From Felis catus (taxonomy: Eukaryota): DNA of 64,000 nucleotides. Position numbers and translations under genes: made by a program. The notes under the pieces were generated by a model. That model had not been told where the DNA came from, did not search any database, and saw nothing but the letters and a program-made list of their open reading frames with translations. Below are positions 60,011 to 64,000 of this stretch, in pieces (the first letter of the stretch is position 1; each line of letters opens with the position of its first letter). The DNA lies in NCBI RefSeq assembly GCF_018350175.1, contig NC_058382.1:58778001-58842000 (forward strand). The letters run 5' to 3'.

Positions 60011-62084
60011 GCTCCTGGGTTAAGGAATTCCCCCCTCCAGCACTTACTATGTGGCAGTGGGTATCAGTGGGCTTTTACATCAGGCTTCTGATCTATAAAG
60101 GCTGATGAACAGGATCTATTTCAAAAATTTGTGGCGAAGATTAAGTGAATGAGGAATGCCACTTGTCCTTGCCGTTACTATTACTACTTTACTGTTACTG
60201 TTGTCCCTGCTGTCCTTGGTGTTATCGCTAGCCCGGGGCGACGTCTGGCTCAGTAACTGCTTGAGCTGCCGAGTGACTGATGGGCGGGAACTGTCACAGC
60301 GGCCGGTGGACACGGGGAGAGAAGCGGGAGCTGACGAGCGGCCAGCACAGGACCACCCAGCTCGCCGGTGCGGGCCGGACGCAGCGTTCAGGAGTGACTG
60401 ATTCCCCGTCCTGCATGTAGACCCGAGACCCAGGGGCCCAGCAGGCCGCCCCCCAGGCCATCCGGGCCTTTTGTTTGTATCTGGCCTGCCCCGCCGGCCC
60501 TTGAGCTAACACTTGGTGTCATTACTCTGCTTGAGCCGCTCAGGTCCCAGCTCGTTTGTCAATCAGCACCGAGCATGTGGTCATCCAAGACGCGAGACCT
60601 CTGCGCAGGCACGGCGAGGCCCCCAGCTGCTCTGCAGGGAGCCAGCAGGCGCGGAAGACGGCCCCAGGAGAGGGCCGGTACCAGGGTCCGCGCAGACAGT
60701 CCGCTCGGGGACGGAGGCTCCAGACCCATCCCGCAGGGACCCAACGATGCAGACGAGGGCTGAGCCCTCAGGAACCGTGGCCGTGGCCCCAGTGCACAAC
60801 CGAATCCTCAGATCGCCGCTTAGCTGGGTGACTGGGCAGGTTACTCCCTCCCCTCTCGGAGCCACAGTCTCCTGCCCCGGAAAGATGAGAGAGTTCCAGC
60901 CTTGGCTTCTACTGGGGGCAGCCCCGGGGGCGGGGGGTGGGGGTGGGGTGGGGAGGGGGGCAGGACGCTCCTCCTGAGCAGGGAGGACGGCCCTCCTGGC
61001 AGAAGCCGGGCCCAGCGGCAGCTCTGGCCGCGAGCTCACAGGAGGCCAGCTTGTGTGCCCGCGCGCAGTTTTCTCGAGGAACTTAGAAAGGGGCGGGAGG
61101 TTCAGGCCCTTGCCCCATGCCACCTGCGTTCTCGGCACCGTGGGTCTCCCTCGTGCGGCGGGCTGGGGACTCGGTGCAGCGGGCGGGATCCAGCAGTTTC
61201 CCACTTTCCCAGAGGAGCAAAGCAGCCTCGGCTAGAATGGAAAACAAAGTGGGTGATGAGGGGAAGGGCCGTCTGGGAAGCTAAATCCCAGTCGTCTGTG
61301 CGGACATGAGCCGGTCACGTGTGGGAGCCCTCCTCCTGGGGGCACGTTGAGAGCCGCCACCCCCATATAGTTTTTCAGGACCGTCGTTTCCTTTGGTAAC
61401 GGTTCTAGGAGCCGGGGGTTAGCTAGGCTCTGCCCACCGCACACGCACAGACATCACTGTTTCTTCTCATTAGTGCGGTCACTGTACCCAGCAGGCACCT
61501 CCTAGTCAGGAGGGTGGCAGAGAGGTGACATTTCAGCGCGGTGGGGAGCAGGTGCTGGGAACACGGGGTGTGCTCCGGCCCAGCGGGTGGGGGTGGCAGG
61601 CAGGGCAGGGGATGGAGGGGGACTGGCCGGCGGCTCCAGGGAGGGCTGGAGGGACCCCCCCCCCCCCCGCGAAGAGCGTGTGTCCGGTTCCTTGCACTGT
61701 CACCGTGTGGCTGCAAGACGCGGTCAGCCAGAGCTGGAGGCCCTGCCCACTGCCCAAGACACTGCAGTCATCCCCTGTCATCTCTGAGCCTTGCGAGGGG
61801 ATGGGGCTCAAACACTGGGTGGGTCCAGCTTGTCCCAAGTCAGCTTATCAGGAGGGAGCCCGGAGGTGAGTTTGGGGGCTGGGCCCGGATGGTCCCACCC
61901 CCAGCATGAGCAGGGGTGCCGGGAGGACGGGGCCTCCCCCTCTGGCTTGGGTGCTGTGCTGATAAATGCTCAGCAGCCTGCTCCCCGGGCCGGCGGGTAC
62001 TTCCTGTGTAAGTCCCACCACGCTGGCTTCAGAGTGGGGTCGTGGCGCCTCTCAACGCAGAGCAGGGGGAGTCCACAGTGCTGG

Positions 62085-62669
62085 CACTGTCCCTGCTGGG
62101 CCCGGTATGCAGTAGGTGCTCAGCACTGCCCCTGCTGGGCCCGGTATGCAGTAGACGCTCAGCACTGCCCCTGCTGGGCCCGGTATGCAGTAGGCGCTCC
62201 GCACTGCCCCTGCTGGGCCCGGTATGCAGTAGGTGCTCAGCACTGCCCCTGCTGGGCCCGGTATGCAGTAGACGCTCAGCACTGCCCCTGCTGGGCCCGG
62301 TATGCAGTAGGCGCTCCGCACTGCCCCTGCTGGGCCCGGTATGCAGTAGGCGCTCCGCACTGCCTCTACTGGGCCCGGTATGCAGTAGGCACTCATCACT
62401 GCCCCTTCTGGGCCCGGTATGCAGTAGGCGCTCCGCACTGCCCCTGCTGGGCCCGGTATGCAGTAGGCACTCAGCACTGCCCCTGCTGGGCCCGGTATGC
62501 AGTAGACGCTCAGCACTGCCCCTGCTGGGCCCGGTATGCAGTAGGCGCTCCGCACTGCCCCTGCTGGGCCTGGTATGCAGTAGGCGCTCCGCACTGCCCC
62601 TGCTGGGCCCGGTATGCAGTAGGTGCTCAGCACTGCCCCTGTTGGGCCCAGTATGCAGTAGGTGCTCAG
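62085..62669. repeat. 39-bp minisatellite (VNTR), 15 copies
   Basis: Unit cactgcccctgctgggcccggtatgcagtag(g/a)(t/c)gctc(a/c)g; 585 bp, no spacers. Confidence 0.98.
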
Positions 62670-62714
62670 CAGGTGCTCCTGCAGCCACAGAGCTGGTATT
62701 GGTGCTCATGGTCA

Positions 62715-62950
62715 TGTCTGGGCTGCCCCAGAGCAGAGCACAGGATGAGGACTTTATCCAGGAAGTGATTCCAGGAAGCACCGTGAAGGGGTGAGGAGGT
62801 GAGGGTGTGGGCAGTGGGCTCTGTCTCGGGGGGGCCTGAGGTGGCCCCGAGGGGCAAGGTAGCTGTTGCCGGCTGAGGCTTCCCTCAGCTTCCCGAGGCC
62901 GGAGGGACCCCCGGGGAGAAGGGAGGGAAGCCAGCCCGCAGGTGCCTCCC
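62715..62950 (-). mobile_element. LTR33/LTR16-like fragment
   Basis: tttatccaggaagtgattccaggaagcacc…ggggtgaggaggtgag. Confidence 0.5.
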
Positions 62951-63039
62951 CATGGCCCGGGGCAGGTGGGCGGCCACCACCAGCAGCCACGGCGACATCA
63001 GCACAGACCCCATGGCCACATTTACACCAGGTCGGAGTG

Positions 63040-63420
63040 GGACAGATTTCCTCCTCTGGGTCGCATATGAGGGTCCTGGGGGCTTGAACCCACGGGAATC
63101 TCTCCCCCGTAAGACCGGCTGTGGGCAGAGCCAGGCTCCCTCCGGAGGCTCCAGTGGGGGCCGGGTGGGGGCGTCCTTCTGCCTCTTCCAGCTCAGGTGG
63201 CCCCAGGCGTCCTCTGCCTCTGCCTCTGTCCTCCGGGCCGGGGTCTCAGAGCCTTTTTCTTCTTCTTACGAGGACACTCTCCTCGATCAGATTCAGGACG
63301 GACTGATCTCGATCCTTACTCTCCCCGCATCTGCAGACACCCCGTTTTCAAGTCGAGGCACATTCACAGGCTCTGGGGCCAGGGGACGTACATTTTGGGG
63401 GACACCATGTGCCCCACTGC
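63040..63420 (-). mobile_element. MLT1C-like LTR
   Basis: ggcagagccaggctccctccggaggctcc…gcctcttccagctc…catctgcagacacc…cacattcacaggctctgggg…ttttgggggacacca. Confidence 0.8.
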
Positions 63421-64000
63421 AGTGGCAGTCCGCGTTGGACAGAGCCTGCTTCAACGTCTCATCTCAGAGCTCCGTTCCTTCTCCTTGAGGCTGTCACCCC
63501 CACCGGGGTCAGCCAGCACCGCCCCCCACCCTGCACCCCACGAGGGCTGTGTCTGCTCACCCAGCACCTCCCTCGGGGCTTTGCAGGGGCTCCTTGGAGT
63601 GAATCTTTGTCCCAGGGGAGAATGGTCAAATGGGTGACGGAACCCAAGTCCAGGGAAAAAGATCCCCGCCTCCCAGGGACACATTGTGCGGGGCGGCCAG
63701 TGTCCTTTCTGTGAGCCCTCACCCTTCGGGGACCCCTGAAGGCAAACCCAAATGGCCTGCCCGCTGAGGGCTGGCCACCGGCGGCCTCTCCATCTGAAGG
63801 CTGGCCCCTTCCTTGGGCCCCCAGTGTCCCCCCAGGCCGCGGGGACCAGACGGCTCAGTGCAGGAGGGTCCCCAGAGTGGAGCCCTGAGCCCGCGGGAGG
63901 AAAAGCCAGGAGAAGACCAAGCCCAGCCCACCCCCCCGTCCAGCCCTGCGTCACAGGCCACATCTCCCTCCACCCCCAGAAAGGAGCCCGGGATGCGTGT

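Noticed and set aside
62085..62669. CRISPR-like array
   Set aside because: Units are contiguous with no unique spacers, no cas genes are present, and the DNA is mammalian.
61791..62794. 325-aa and 250-aa ORFs with Cys/His-rich repeats as genes
   Set aside because: They are open because the 39-bp unit lacks stops in four frames; no recognisable protein family, and unit variants change amino acids freely.
1..64000. Naming the locus or host gene
   Set aside because: No exon was recognised; repeat content and GC level alone cannot identify the locus without an alignment.

Overview
Mammalian nuclear DNA from a feliform carnivore, most likely a cat (Felidae). The evidence is 13 tRNA-derived CAN-SINEs of the feliform type. 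The window is GC- and CpG-rich and non-coding as far as I can see. I found no protein-coding exon, RNA gene or CRISPR array that I can support; the long ORFs come from simple repeats or from GC-rich, stop-poor sequence. The content is CAN-SINEs (11 of 13 on the minus strand), old L1M/L2/MIR fragments, MLT1/MER21/LTR16-33-type LTR remnants, DNA-transposon MITEs (Tigger2a-like, MER58A, MER53), four large tandem or simple repeats, one near-consensus CTCF site and several AT-rich, motif-dense islands that look like conserved enhancers. Repeat family names are from my recollection of consensus sequences, not from a search. I did not find a new multi-gene system. The most notable observations are: (i) an apparent AT-to-GC rewriting of old transposons, consistent with GC-biased gene conversion; (ii) an approximately 270-bp inverted duplication at 40.4/42.2 kb with an 87%-identical core; (iii) a 15x39-bp VNTR that appears to derive from an L2/MIR 3' end, is open in four frames and carries an ATG-CAG-TAG mini-ORF in every unit; (iv) a CTCF site with its upstream motif; and (v) an internally duplicated SINE.
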